NCBI RefSeq assembly: GCF_026210795.1
Contig: NC_089431.1
Location: forward strand, 5,022,001 to 5,086,000
Origin: Rhizophagus irregularis
Taxonomy: Eukaryota
Reading direction: 5' to 3'
Length of the DNA stretch: 64,000 nucleotides
The notes beneath the pieces were generated by a model. It had not been told where the DNA came from. It saw nothing but the letters and a program-made list of their open reading frames with translations, and did no database searches. How positions within the stretch are numbered: position 1 is the stretch's first letter; every line of letters starts with the position of its first letter. The translations under genes were made by a program, and so were the position numbers. Positions 39,441-54,352 of the stretch are shown here, piece by piece.

Positions 39441-39810
39441 TAATTAAAAAAAAATAATAATACAATTCATTCTGCTTTAGAATTTTTCTTTTTTAAGAAA
39501 GAAAAAAAAATATGACATCAGCAGTATCTGTATTATATCAAGTCAAATCCAAAGGATTAGATGGTGGATTTATCAATGGTTTGGCAAACTCCAAAAACTT
39601 TCATTTTATAAATACACAATTTGACATTTTTTAATACAATGTATAGTTATTTATTAGTATTATTCATTTCAAGTTATTGCCTCACATTAAACAGTTTAGA
39701 AACGCCCTGTCAGAGACTAAGGCAACTTGTTATATCTATATAGTTAGCCTGAATAACGGAGCAGAATTCCTGATTGCTGATCATCCAGACCTGGATTAAT
39801 CGCAGAAAAT

Positions 39811-40627
39811 TATGGAAAGCCGTCCTTGACAAAAGGTTGATGTCCAAACATCATGAAATATAATATTTAGACATCATGATGGTATATCTAGACATCATGT
39901 TTGATATATGTCGGATGATGTTTGTACATCATTCAACATGATGTGAAAGACATCAACTGACATGATGTCTAGACATCATGCTGATCAAATTACCAAATAT
40001 AGTATATTTATGAGTTACACAAAATAAAATTTACTATATTTGGTAACATGATGTCTAAGACATCATGTCGGTTGATGCTTGAGCATTAGGGATGGCAACG
40101 GTCGGTCATGGTCGGTCATCAGTCGGTCATAACCGGTCAAGAACCTTTGACCGACCGACCGACCGTTTGACCGACCGGTCTGACCGACCGGTTAACTGAC
40201 CGTTTGACTGACTGGTTAACCGATCCTGAAAACGTTTGCGAAACGTAATTTAATTGAAATACTTAATAAAAAACGTTTTCGCAATGTTTTCTATTAAAAT
40301 AATTAAAAAAACGTTTGCGAAACATTTTTTTTATTAAATTACATTTCGCAAACGTTTTCAGGATCGGTTAACCAGTCGGTCAAACGGTCGGTTAACCGGT
40401 CGGTCAGACCGGTCGGTCAAATGGTCGGTCAGAGGTCTTTGACCGACCGATATCGGTCACGGTCATGACCGGTCATAACCGGTTAATGACCGTGACCGTT
40501 GCCATCCCTATTGAGCATCATGTTGAATGATGTACAAACATCATCCGACATATATCAAACATGATGTCTAGACATTATCCAACATGATGTCTGGATATCA
40601 ACCTTTTGTCAAGGACGGCTTTCTATA
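39811..40627. mobile_element. Foldback MITE with TAT..ATA termini and 6-bp TSD (IS3EU-like), host to a hAT MITE
   Basis: TIRs TATGGAAAGCCGTCCTTGACAAAAGGTTGAT / ATCAACCTTTTGTCAAGGACGGCTTTCTATA. GAAAAT duplicated at 39805-10 and 40628-33. Many internal CATGATGTCTAGACATCATG motifs. Confidence 0.8.
40087..40510. mobile_element. hAT-type MITE (424 bp)
   Basis: TIRs TAGGGATGGCAACGGTC, 8-bp TSD TTGAGCAT (40079-86 / 40511-18), and GACC/GGTC subterminal arrays. Confidence 0.92.
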
Positions 40628-41964
40628 GAAAATCCCCTGGAATTCCATGATGATTTACACCTGGGCCAGGTACGGATCACATTGTGGCCAATTATTTTTT
40701 GGCTAACTACACCATTTGAGGATTTTTTATAACACTAATGAAAAAAGTTTCCTTAAATTTTTTTTTCAGCTTTTTTTTTAAACCGATTTACTTTTATTTT
40801 TTTTTCCTAATTGCACCTTTTTTTATTATATCAAAAATCGATAATTTGCTAGTTACTCTTGCTTATTTTTTCTATTTAGCTTATTAGAAAATTAATATAT
40901 TATTTGTTTTCCAAAACGTAATACTACTGTCTTAGTACTAGTTGCTAGTATAAAGAAAATGTTTATGTAAGTACATATATATTTTTTTATGTCATGATAA
41001 TACAGCGTAAATAATAACTAGAGCAGTGAGCTTAATAAATAATTATTCATTTTCTTCATTTTTTTTTCTTTAGATTCGATCAGGGATCTACATATGATAC
41101 AGAAGTAACTCAGAATTTTTACCTTCTTTTTTTTAGCAATAATTGATTACTAATCAGTTTGTCTTTCAATTAATACTTTAAATTTTATTTTTTCAGAACA
41201 TTAAATCTAGTCGTTAAAGCTTACTGTCATATTTTACAGTATCTTCGAGCGTAACTACTTTTGACATTATTAAATTATTATATTTTTGTATGTCATTAAA
41301 TACCAAAATTGTTTTAAAAATAAAATTTCATGTTATTAAGAAAAATGATGTTGAAATAGAAGGAAATTTTAATAATTTATTGTTTTGTCATAATAATTAT
41401 TATTTTTTTTTATTTACAAGCAGATTGTAATTATTAATTACTTTAATAATGAATTATATTATAACTGAATTCCATTTGTTAATACGAATTTCCTTCATAT
41501 AATAATGGTAAAATATTTCTTTTAGTTTTATATAGAATTTAAAACAAACTAAACTAATTGGATAATACATTTTTTAATCTAACAATTTTAACACGATTCT
41601 AATTATCATAATTGACTGTACTATATTTTTTAAAATTTCAATAAAGTGCCTATATACTGTAGTATAAATATACTAACAAATAATATTTTGGTGATGGATA
41701 AATGGATTGATCGACAAAGCTTTTTTTTGTGAAACAAGTATTTTGTTTGGGATTTATAAAAAGGAAATTTCTTAATAATCCGTGATTTTTGTGATCATCA
41801 GCTGACTTGAACATTTTATTGTTTGACCTAAATAAAAATAAAATTTTGTCAATCACTGCTGTGCAACTGTAATACGTTTTAAAAAGCACCTTTTTTTTTT
41901 TAAAAAAAAAAATCTTTTTTACTCTGTCTAGACATAAAATTGAAGTCACATTTATTAATCCAAT

Positions 41965-43702
41965 ATGGAAGAATTTGTGCTTACTGATGATATAATTGAA
42001 CAAATAAAAGATTTTGACCATGAGGGCCTAATTGAAGAACAAAGTTTGTTAATTGATAAGTTAATATTAAATGAGGAATTAAAAAAACGTTATAAAAAAA
42101 ATGGTTTATGCAAAGAATGTAAGCAGCCTAATACATATTATCAAGGAGATTATAGTATTTGGTGTATGTCATGTAATGCTAAGAATTTTCAACAAAATTT
42201 CAAGAATTGGACTAGTGGAAATCATGAAGTTGATAAGTTTATTCAAAAAACACAACTTAAAGCTAAAAATTTAAGTGAAGTTTTAGAATGGATTGAATAT
42301 GATAGATTTGAAAATATTGAATACTTGACAAAAGGAGGATTTGGAACTATTTATAAAGCAATTTGGAAAGATGGACGGATAAAAAGTTGGGATTTTGAGA
42401 ATAATAAATGGACAAGAAGTAAATATTATTGTAGGGAATATGAGGATTTTCCAGTTGTTTTAAAATGTTTACATAATTCTCAAGATATTTCATCCGATTT
42501 TTTAAGAATAGTAAGTTACTTATTTTGTATATAATTTCAAGATATTGTCCTATTATAAATGTTAAACTACCTATTAATTATTATTATTATGGATTCTTTT
42601 TTAGATTGAAACACATATGTTTGTTTCAAATTATGGAGATCGTATAACAAAGTGTTATGGCATTACTAAAGATCCAGAATCTAGAAATTTTATGATAGTA
42701 ATGGGATATGCAAAAGATGGTAGTTTAAGACAATATTTAAATAGTAGTTTTAATTCAATAAAATGGAATGAAAAGTTGGTTATTTTACAAGTTATTGCAC
42801 AAGGCCTCGATGATATTCATCAAAAAAGGGTTAATTCATCGTGATTTTCATTGTGGTAATATATTAAAAGACAGCCATTTTACTTTTATTACTGATTTAG
42901 GATTATGTCGACTAGCAAATGTAAAATCATCTCAAAATGAATGTAAAGAACTATATGGAGTATTACCTTATGTAGCACCAGAAGTTTTAAGAGGAAAAGA
43001 ATACACTCAAGAAAGCGATATTTATGGATTTGGAATTGTTGCATATGAAGTCTGTACAGGGCTACCTCCTTATCATGATATTATTCATGATAAATTCTTA
43101 GCTATTAGCATTTGTCAAGGACTTAGGCCAAAATCAAATTATAAAATTCCTCAATTAGTTTTAAACATAATTAAACAATGTTGGGATGCCGATCCTTTAA
43201 AACGACCTAAAGCAAATGAATTAGAAGATTTATTTGACAAGTTATATGATGAGTTAGATTATGATTTTGATGAAGAATATATAAATGAAATCTATAAGCA
43301 AGTTGAAGAAGCAGAAAAATTAATGAAAAGTTAATATCATCATCATCATTATATACTGGTCCTACTCTTTCATATACTACAAATCCTCAAGCAGTTTACA
43401 CGAGTAGACTTTTAGATTTTAAAAATCTTCCAGAGCCAATAAATGCTATTGATAATAAGGATGATGATAATTCATTTGGAGAATATTCAGGTTATTAATT
43501 TCCTAATTTACTTTACAAATGCATTCTTTAAATATTTTATTTGATGTAAATAATTATTTTTTTTATATTACAGAATCAATAGAAGCAATAGATTTTACTA
43601 AACTAGACCCTAGGTACTTATATACATTAACTTTTTATATGATTTATTTATTAATAATATTATTTAATAATTTATTTTTCACTTATAGAAGCAGCTGAAT
43701 AA
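41965..43702 (+). pseudogene. TKL protein kinase with two frameshifts in A-runs
   Basis: CKEC/CMSC, WTSGN, KGGFG, VVLK, intron at 42511-42604, HRDFHCGN, DLG, APE and YTSRLL. Frame breaks at ~42825 and ~43318 could be homopolymer sequencing errors. Confidence 0.8.
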
Positions 43703-45762
43703 AAGAAAGGAAGGGTATAAATTTCTTTATTATTTACTATTTATTTTCTTTAACATTTTAACATTACTACAGATATGTTATTTTATTGGAATGTATTTTT
43801 TATGATTAAATAAAGTATTATTTCTATGAAATTATATGAAAATAAATAGAATGAATTGTATGTATAAATATGTTATAAAAATTGCAACAAAGTAAAAAAA
43901 TTACATTGTATTTTATGTTAATCTTTAAATATTATAAAGTTATCCAACTCAAAAGGAGGTCAAAAACCTTATTATGACCCGGCCCAGATTTTTAAGTTCG
44001 GGTTGGATCATATTTAAATCAATCAACAAATATTTTAGTGGTGTAAATATTTTGAAAGAGTAATATTATAAGAATTATATATATATTGTAAATAGTAAAA
44101 AAAAATTATTAAAATTATTGGTTTTGTATTGGGATATTCTTCTGTCTAATAATGTTTATAAAATTTCTTAAACGAAAAGTTATATAAGATTTGAACTTTT
44201 ATATCTTTATGTAGGATTGTTAGACGAATTTACAAACTGGACTTTGAGATTAAGGTAAGAGGGAACTGGTGAACTTTTTTTTTTGTTTGGGAACGTAATT
44301 AACACTCCTTTCTTCTTCTTTTCTTAGGGATGCCTCCCAACTTCGACTTTTGGATATCTGACATGAAATTGTAAGTATAACGAAGGGGAGGGGATTTTTT
44401 AATTGGAAATGTTATTAACATTCCTTTTTGGTTTTTTACTTTAGGTACAGCTCCTGGATTAAGAATAGTAGGTTGAGACGATGTGTGGGAATTGGGAAAT
44501 TTGTTTCTTTTAATTTAGGAACGCTACTAACGTTCCTTTTTATTTTATTTCTTTAGGGACAGTGCTTACACTTGGGCTATGTCCACAATTAAAATTGAAT
44601 TTAGTTGCTAGTTTTTATTATTATAATAACTATAATAAATACAATTAAATGATATATTTTTTTGTACAATTAAATATTAATGTTTTTAAAATTTAAAAAA
44701 ATCGCCCGGGTTTTTTTTTCAAATATGTCACATGATGTATAATATATAAATATAACTTGTTAATATTTAAATTAAGTTTTTATTAAAGTCGCTAATGTAA
44801 ATTTTAGAACCATCAATGTATAAAATATAATTGATTTCTAAATAATTTTTCTTGATGCAATAAACTTATTTTGCGGTTTTGTTTATATATTATTAATGAT
44901 AATTAATATATATATATATATATATATGCGGGCACTATGATTTTTTTTTTAAAAAAAATTATCTTTTGCGGGTTTAATATAATGATAACTAGAAATGCGT
45001 CTAAAACTGATAATTCTTATTGGTAATATTGATGTGTAATTAATATCTATGTTAGTATAATCAAAATTTAACATTAATAATAATGATAATAAAGTAAAAA
45101 TAAAAATAAAAGTAAAAAATAAAAAAAAATGATAAAAAAAAATCCTAAGAAGGGCTTCCAGAAAAAAAAATTATTTATTGTTGGTCAAACGCTGCAGGCT
45201 GCAGTTTTTTGATACAGGAAATTCCAAGTATTTTGACTTATCCTAATTTCTTGTAATGCATTGAAATACTGCCGGGTTATAAAGTAACTATGCAGATTTA
45301 ATGATTGTCGTACATAAATAATAAATGATTTAATCACCACTCATAGCGATAAAGCGATAAACTGTTAACCTTTGTAAATTATAATAAATGTATTTAGAAA
45401 TGTTATATATCATTTCCTATTATCATTTGTTTAGTATACGAATGAGTAAATTTTGGAGAAATCCTGTCTAAAAAAAATTGTATTAGTGTATAAATTTTTA
45501 TAAATTATCGAATATCACCCCTGCGGAAATATCCGTTCACAATCCCTACGAATATTTTTCGGCTATGAAAAAGTCTCTTATTAAAGAATAAATATTCTTA
45601 ATTATTAAAAAATATTCAATTTTTTCGATCAAATTATAACACGTATATTTATTAATTTCATTATAAAATCAAAAACGAAAAATAAAATGAAAATGAGAAA
45701 AAAAAAGAAATTATATAAATCGATCTCGTTTTTAAGAAAATTTATCATTAGAATATAAACAA

Positions 45763-47240
45763 TCAATCTAACATAATTTGAAATACTTCAAATTCTAAAA
45801 AAGTCGCATCTGTTTCTCTGATTTGCTTTTCATAACTTTTTTGTCTACAAACAAGTTTTAATTCACCACCAAGAGTTTTGCATAAATACAGATCCCTATC
45901 ACCAAATGATGGACCGTAACAAAGTCCGTTAAAAATAGCTCTTTTATCATTTCTTACACGACTTAAAATAAAATTATCATTACTAAGAGAGAAAATAAAA
46001 CTATCTTTAGTAATACCATGACTATCATCAGATTTCCATTTAATAGGATTATAACCTCCAATAATTTCTTCACTGTCTTTCAATTTAATAATTGTTAAAG
46101 TACGAGATTTGTTATCACAAATTTCATGAAAATTTCTAAATCTATCAAACATTCCATCTGATCCATCACGAGTATCGCGATATAATAATACGAATTTGTA
46201 AGAACTTGTTAATTTGTCTTTAGATCCTAATCTATCAATCCATTTTGAGATTAATTCAACATGTTGAAATGAGATGATTTTAGAATCAATATTTTTTGAT
46301 TTAATAGTAAGAGATTCTATTCTTTTAATATCATTAACCGTAAAATGATCCAATAAACTTATATATAATTCTTTTGGCAAAATTTCTTCATAAGGTAGTA
46401 CTTTCTTAAAAAATTCTCTGGACGTTAAATTTTGGAATCTAATCAAAGGAATGAACTGTTGTAAGGTATTCTTTAAAACTTTAAATTCATTCTTCGAATA
46501 ACTTGTAGGATCAGAAGGAAGTTTCGGATTTTGAGCGAGCCCCCATTTAACTATATATTCCCAAACTTGAATTTCAGTCATTTGAAGGTTATTTCTTTGA
46601 ATAAGTAAGACTAAAAGCTTTTCTGGGATTATAGAGAAATTCAAAGAATTTAAAATCTTTATTGGATCTTTTAAAATAAAATCAATACAAAATTTTTGAA
46701 ATTTAAAGAAAGAGTCGTTTTCAAAACTTATGTGATATATCAAATCAAAATTTTGTTCTAACCAGTTAATTCTATTCTTAATTAAGAAAGATTCTATATA
46801 AAGGGTCAATTCCTCGAGACCAAGTTCGTTAGCAGCCATCAAAATTTTAATAATATCTGAATCATCATATTCTTCCAATAAAAGTTCTCCTCCATAAATA
46901 TACCTATAAAAATAAAAATTTAATAAAATATTTTAAAATAATTAATTTAATAAATCACACGTAATTTAATCTTTATTTACCTTAGAACACTTTGAAAAAT
47001 TTCTGATGAAATATTCAATAATTTAATATGTACAAAGTAATCAAATTTTTTCTTTTTATCAGTTGATAAGATTCTTCTAAAATAAGAAGAACGATAATTC
47101 AAAATAACCATGTGAGCGCGAAATATTTTTACATCAGGGCTATTTCCAACTTCAATTGTAATATCATAATATTCCTCATCATTCAAAATTTCAAGTAAAC
47201 TTTGTGATAGTTTTTGCAAAAGTTTATTATCAGCCATCAT
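45763..47240 (-). CDS. BTB-BACK-TLDc protein, copy 4
   Basis: Exon 1 at 46981-47240, intron at 46904-46980, open exon 2 ending FEVFQIMLD. Confidence 0.9.
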
Positions 47241-48928
47241 AATTGGTATTCCTTTTTTTTTCTTTGAGTAAAAGAAACAAAGAAAAAAAAGAATTCCTAA
47301 TTTATAAATTAAAAAGCGTGTAAGTCACGTTCACGTATTCAGCATTGTTACACATTTCGTCATCGTTGTTTAATTAATTTCGATAACTGAACTTTCTTTG
47401 CAGTCTGTGCACAAAAATTTGCACACATTAATTGAAAGAATTTCTTTTGTTACTGATTGATAATACTCTTTAGTGTAACTCACTAAAATATCGTCAATAA
47501 AGATTTTTTTGGCCTAATTATTTCCATTTCAACAATTTTTGCAAAATAAAATCTATAGATGTAAAGTTTTTGTCGTAAAGAAGATTTTGGAAAATTTTAC
47601 AGTGATTTCATTTCATTTTATTTTTTAGTACAGGAATTTATAAAATTTTTTTAAATATTTAAAAATTACATTGTCGAATTTTTAAAATGTTATCCACAGA
47701 TTTAAAGAGTAAACATGAGCCTTATTTATATATATCGATATATATTTTTTTTTTAATAAAAGTGTATAATTATTTTATGATCACTAAACGAAAGAAAAAA
47801 TGAAATTAAAAATAAAAGTAAAATCGCTTGTTTATTTTGAGGCTGAAAACGTTGATGAACTTTGAATACCAAACTCAAATTGAGAAAGATCATAGAAAAA
47901 TACCGAGTTTTAAGGTTAAATCAAGTAACATTCTATTTCGATGTCAATATAGAGGCTACGTTTTGCGCGGGTTAAGTAGAATAGTTAATTCTCTTAATTT
48001 TTATATAAATTTATATTAGATTCAATAATAATAAAAATTTTTTTACTAAATTAGTATAATTTATCTGTAAAACGATTACGCATAATACGCGCTATACCGC
48101 TGGTAAATTTTAAGAATATGGATTAAATCCCGAGATTACAGTAGTTGTTATAAAATTTTGATCCGATATTTTTGCTTGAATTTCATATATATTTAACATA
48201 TTACGCATTTACACTACCATTTCTCTATATTCATTAATCATTACATTTTACCACCATAACTCAATCAATATTAAAAACTTAAGAACTAACGGACTCATAT
48301 TGAATTTATTTTAACAGAATTAAAAATTTCATGAAATTTGAGAACTATGGCAATTATTAAAGGTTATGGCAACATCATTATATTTATTCTGAAGAATGTC
48401 AGATCGGCAGATTTGTGAAATCACATGCCATTTTTTCGACTATAATAAATTTTATTCTATGTTCGTGTTGACATGTGGTTACGTAAATCCCCATTTTGAA
48501 GTATTCCAATAATTAAAAATTGAAAAATAAACCACTCCAATGTGATGTCTCATTGCAAGTTAAATAACGTAAACATTAATACTTAATATACTTTGGCTAT
48601 TACCGCCGTTTTCAAAATAATGTAGTAAGGCATATTTGCATAAAAAAAAGATTATCGGATTATATGATTACCATGATTACCAGGTGATTAACGGATGATT
48701 TCAATATGATTAGCTGTAATCTTTTTGAAAACGTCGATAAATTTCGAACACGTAAATATGATTTGTCTATTAATAATTAATTTACTTTATGGAAACAACT
48801 TTAACCGGTTATTGGTTAATCAAGTTACCTCGTGTCCGAAAAAAAAAAAAATTTTTTAGGTTTGAAAATTGAAAATAAAGACCTGATTCACCTGAAATTA
48901 TTTTTTTTTCAATTCATTTCATTTTATA

Positions 48929-50415
48929 ATGGTTGATAATAAACTTTTGACAAAATTATCACAAAATTTACTTGAGATTTTAGACAACGAAGAACATTAT
49001 GATATTATAATTGAAGTTGGTAACGATCCTTACATAAAAATATTTCATGCTCATATGATTATTTTGAATTATCGTTTTTCTTATTTTAGAAGAATTTTAT
49101 CAACCAATAAAAAGAAAGATTTGACAAACATTAGATTACCAAATATTTTACCCGATACTTTTCAAATAGTCTTAAGGTAAGATAAATAAAATCTCGTTCA
49201 TCATTTGGTCATGCGATAATTATATATTTTTTACAAACTTTTTTAATCATTTAATTATTTTAGGTATATTTATGGAGGAAAACTCTCATTGGAAGAATAT
49301 GATATTTCAGATATCATTAAAATTTTAGTTACTGCTAATGAACTCAACCTTCAAGAATTAATCCCTTATTTAGAATCTTTTTTAATTGAAAATAAAAAAA
49401 ATTGGAATGAACAAGATATTAATTTGATATATCAAACTTGTTTTGAAAATAATTCCTTTTTAGAACTTCAAAAAAATTGTACTAATTTAATTATTAAAAA
49501 ATCAAATAAGATATTTAATTCGTCGAATTTCACTTCAATCCCAGAAAAATTATTAATCACGCTTATTCAAAATCATCAAATGAACGAAATTCAAGTTTGG
49601 GAACATTTAATTAAATGGGGACTTGCTCAAAATCCTGAACTTTCTTCCGATCTTACAAGCTTTTCAAAAGATGATTTTAGTACTTTAAAGAATACCTTAC
49701 AAAAATGTATTCCTTTTATTAAATTCCGTAATTTAACTTCCAAAGAATTTTTGAAGAAAGTAAATCCATATAAAAAAATCTTACCGAAGGAATTATACAA
49801 TGAATTGTTAGAATATTTTTTGGATAATGATTACGACCTAAATAAAAAATCAGAATCTCGTACTAGTATTAAAGAGATAGAATCGAAAAATATTGATTCT
49901 AAAATCATTACAAATCAACATGTTGAAATAATTTCAAAATGGATTGACGGATTAGAAATTACAGACAAATTAGCAAGTTCATACGAATTCAAATTATTAT
50001 ATCGCGATAGTGAAGAGTCTGGTGGAGCGCTTGTGAGGATTAAAAAATTTCATGAAGTATGTGATGATCATTCCCGAACTGTAACAATCTTTAAAGTGAA
50101 GGACAGAAATGAGATTCTTGGAGGATATAATCCGATTGAATGGAAATCTGATAATAGTTATTGAATTACTAAAGATAGTTTATATTCTCTTTTAGAGATG
50201 AGAATTGTATTTTAAGTCGTGTAAATGATGAAACAAGAGCTATAAATAATAATATTTTTGACGGTCCATCATTTGGTCTTGATCTATATTTATGTTGTGG
50301 CAGGAAAATCTTTTGTAAGCAACATAATTATGAAAAGCAGATCAAAATCGACAATGATGATGCATTACTTTTAGATTTTTTCGAGGTATTTCAATTATGC
50401 AGGGTTAATGATTGA
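48929..50415 (+). pseudogene. BTB-BACK-TLDc gene, copy 5 (premature TGA and 1-nt deletion in TLDc)
   Basis: Intron at 49177-49263. GGA>TGA at 50162-64, then GATAGTTTATA versus paralogue GATAGTTTTATA. Homology continues to FFEVFQLCRVND*. Confidence 0.88.
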
Positions 50416-51450
50416 ATCCTCTAAGTCCAATATTTTCATAATTTAATACATGATTAGTTGAATCAGTAGCAAAATAAGCTAGATTGAACGTAAGCCTTAT
50501 TTCTATTTCATTTTAATATCATTAAAGCTTCCGGTCGAATCATATTTGTAGCTCATGAAAAAAACATTAAAATAAATTAAAAATAAAGGTAAATTCGCTT
50601 GTCTAGTAGTTTAGATTTTGAAACTGAGTGTGTTGATCTTAAACACGAAAACTCATTAAGACAATCATAGAAAATTGCCGAGTTTAAGGGGCTAGAACAA
50701 CGTAATAATTAATATTTTATTCCTAATCTCCGATGCCAACATAAAAGGCTGCGTTTTTTACGAGGGTTGCGTAGAATAATAAATTCCCTTAAGTCTTAAC
50801 TTTATGACATACATTTTTTAAATTTATATTGATTTAATAATAAAAATTATTTTTATTAAAATTGGTATAATTTATCTGTAAAGGGTTATACATAATAATG
50901 TATGTGCTATACGCCTATACCGCTAGTAAATTATATATTTACCACTAATATATGATTTGAACTTGAATATCTTTATTTTCAATTATTATTAGAATTTGAA
51001 TTAAATCTCAAGACTACAATGGTTGTTATAAAATTTTGTTTGGATATTCATTACATTTTACCACATTCAATCAATCATTGAAATACCTCTAATCATTTTA
51101 AAGAATGTATCAATTCTATTAATTCTCCATCGTAAGATCTTCATTCTCTATATGAAACAAAATATAAGTTTCAGCGTAAATTTAATGAGATTATATCTTC
51201 TAAAAATTCTGTTGCTACCATAACCTTAATCCCGTTAAAAAATCTAAGAAATCCATTAGATTAATCGCGAAAATAAATGTATGTTAATTTCTTAAAATTA
51301 TAGTAATAAATTTATTAATCAAAATTTTATATAACATTTTCTCGTAGGGATTAATATTTGAATATTTGAATTGATCGTGTGAATTTTATGTATTTATCCC
51401 TAATGCCGACATATCATTGCTTGTATACGAGTTGAGTAACGTAAAACATT

Positions 51451-51698
51451 AGCCCTGTTCATTTCCGGTCGGTTGCATTTTTCGGTCGGATTTTGTTGTA
51501 CAAAAATTATTCAACAAAATTTTTTTATTTTCGATCACAAATTGAACTGCTTTAGATTGAAATTTAGTTCGAACTCCTTATATTGATATATATTTTTTTC
51601 TTAAATGTCACGTAAACAGAAATTATCTAATTTTGGTTCCAATCAAAATTAACTTAAATCTGACCGAAAAATGCGACCGACCAGAAATGAACAGGGCT
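51451..51698. mobile_element. MITE with 3-bp ATT TSD (PIF/Harbinger-like)
   Basis: TIRs AGCCCTGTTCATTTC.GGTCGGT. The empty site AAACATTAATAC is present in the paralogous unit at ~48571. Confidence 0.85.
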
Positions 51699-52168
51699 AT
51701 TAATACTTATTAGTATCCTACAGCCGAATAGAATCATGCTTTTTTCATCGTGCTGATATTTTTTATTAACTAACTATAAATAAACTACAGTTGCACAATT
51801 ATTATTGATATTTTTGCATATACAAATAACATGTAAGAGGCAAAAGAACACGTCGCGTTAAACTGGAAATAGTTTAATCGATAGTTTATCGTATTCAGTT
51901 ATAAGCCATGATCATAGGCAGCTGCAGGATAATACAGTTATTTGATAGGAGGGCTAAAATATCATCCGAACTTCGGCCCATCTGATATACCTTAGCGATC
52001 ATTAACTTCTTTGAACACGTAATCGTGATTGGCTAATTAATTTACTTTATGGAGATAATTTTTAACCGATTAATGGATAAATAAGCTACCTTGTATCCGT
52101 AAAAGAAAATATTAAAGCTTGAAAATAAAGACTTGAAATTAATTTTTTTAAACTCACATCCTTTTATA

Positions 52169-53651
52169 ATGGTTGATAATAAACTTTTGCCGAAGTTATC
52201 GCAAAATTTACTTGAGATTTTAGATGACGAAGAATATTATGATATTATAATTGAAGTTGGTAACGATCCTTATGTAAAAATATTTCATGCACATATGAAT
52301 ATTTTGAATTATCGTTCTCCTTATTTAAGAAGAATTTTATCAACAAATAAAAAGAAAAATGACGGAACTTTGACAAACATTAAATTACCAAATATTTTAC
52401 CCGAAATTTTTCAAATAGTCTTAAGGTAAGATAAATACTAAGTAAAACAATAAAATCTTGTCATTTGAAAATTATATTTTTTTTTAATAACTTTTTAATT
52501 ATTTTAGGTATATTTATGGAGGAAAACTCTCATTAGAAGAATATGATATTTCAGATATCATTAAAATCTTAGTTGCTGCTAATGAGCTCGGCCTTCAAGA
52601 ATTAATCCCTTATTTAGAATCCTTTTTAATTGAAAATAAGAAAAATTGGATTGAACAAAATATCAATTTGATATATCAAACTAGTTTTGGAAACAATTCT
52701 TTCTTAAAACTTCAAAAATATTGTACTAACTTAATTATTAAAGAACCAAATAAGATATTTAATTCGTCGAATTTCTCTTTAATTCCAGAAAAATTATTAA
52801 TCACGCTTATTCAAAATCATAAAATGAGTGAAATTCAAGTTTGGGAACATGTAATTAAATGGGGACATGCGCAAAATCCGGAACTTTCTTCTGATCCTAC
52901 AAGCTTTTCAAAAGACGATTTTAATACTTTAAAGAATACCTTACAAAAATGTATTCCTTTTATTAAATTTCGTAGATTAACTTCCAAAGAATTTTTGAAG
53001 AAAGTAAAACCATATAAAAAAATCTTACCGAAGGAATTATATGATGACCTATTAGAATATTTTTTGGACAATGATTACGATCCAAACAATCGTACTATTA
53101 AAGAGATTAAATCAAAAAATATTGATTCTAAAATCATTACAAATAAGCATGTTGAAATAATCTCAAAATGGATTGATAGATTAGAAATTAACGACAAATT
53201 AACAAGCTCGTATGAATTCAAGTTATTATATCGTGATTGCAATGATGGATCTTGGAATAGACTTAAAAAATTTCATGAAGTTTGTGATAATCATTCCCAA
53301 ACTGTAACAATTTTTAAAGTGAAGGACAGAAATGAGATTCTCGGAGGATATAATCCGATTGAATGGAAATCTGATATTAGTTATGGAATTACTAAAGATA
53401 GTTTTATATTTTCTTTTAATAACGACGAGAATTACATTTTAAGTCGTGTAATGGATGAAACGAAAGCCATAAATAATAATAATTTTTACGGTCCATCATT
53501 TGGTCTTGATCTGAAATTACAATTGCTTTTTAGTGACGGGAAAATCTCTTGTGATAAAAATCATTATGAAAAACCGATCAAAGTTAACAATGATGATTCG
53601 TTTATTTTAGATTTTTTTGAGGTATTTCAATTGTGTAAGACTGATGATTAA
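52169..53651 (+). CDS. BTB-BACK-TLDc protein, copy 6
   Basis: ATG at 52169, intron at 52426-52507, exon 2 open from 52508 to the stop at 53651. Confidence 0.92.
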
Positions 53652-54104
53652 ATAAGTCCTCTAAGTCTAATAGTCTAATTAATTTCTTCATAATTTATTT
53701 ATAAAATTAGTTTAGAAGTAATATAATCTAGATTGAATTTGTGCCTTATTTCTATATTAATATTTTAACATCGTTAAACGTTCTATGGCGTAAGAAACAA
53801 TGAAATTATAAATAAAGGCAAAATTGCTTGATACGTAGTTTATATTTTGATGCTGGGAGTGTTAAGCTAGAACAAGACAATATCATATTAGAAAAATGAC
53901 GAGTTTGAAGAGCTAGATCAATGTGATAACTAACATTTTATGCATAATTTCCGATGTCAACATAAACTAGAGCTGCGTTTTTTGCGCGGGTTGCGTAGAG
54001 TAATAAATTCTCTCAATTTATAACATACTTTTTTAAATTTATATTTGATTCAATAATAAAAATATAATTTATCTACAAAAGGTTATGCAAGATATGTGCT
54101 ATAT

Positions 54105-54352
54105 CCCTATAAAAAATATTGTCCGAACATTGTTCAGTTTTTTGTTCGGAAAATCGACCCCGTTCCGAACAGGGGAACATTACTTGACATTTATTGGACA
54201 TTCATCATGATATTGTACGTTTTTTATGTTGTTAAAAATTCTCACTCTCCGCATCTTGTATTAAATTTTAACAAATATTGTATAATGGCGTGCGAGTGTC
54301 CGGAAAATTGACCCCATTCCGAATATTTATCGGACAAACATTATTTATAGGG
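54105..54352. mobile_element. MITE with CCCTA termini and 3-bp TAT TSD (CACTA/CMC-like)
   Basis: TIRs CCCTATAAA.AAT.TT(T)GTCCGA. Empty site GCTATACCGCT.GTAAA in paralogous units (~48090, ~50915). Confidence 0.8.
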
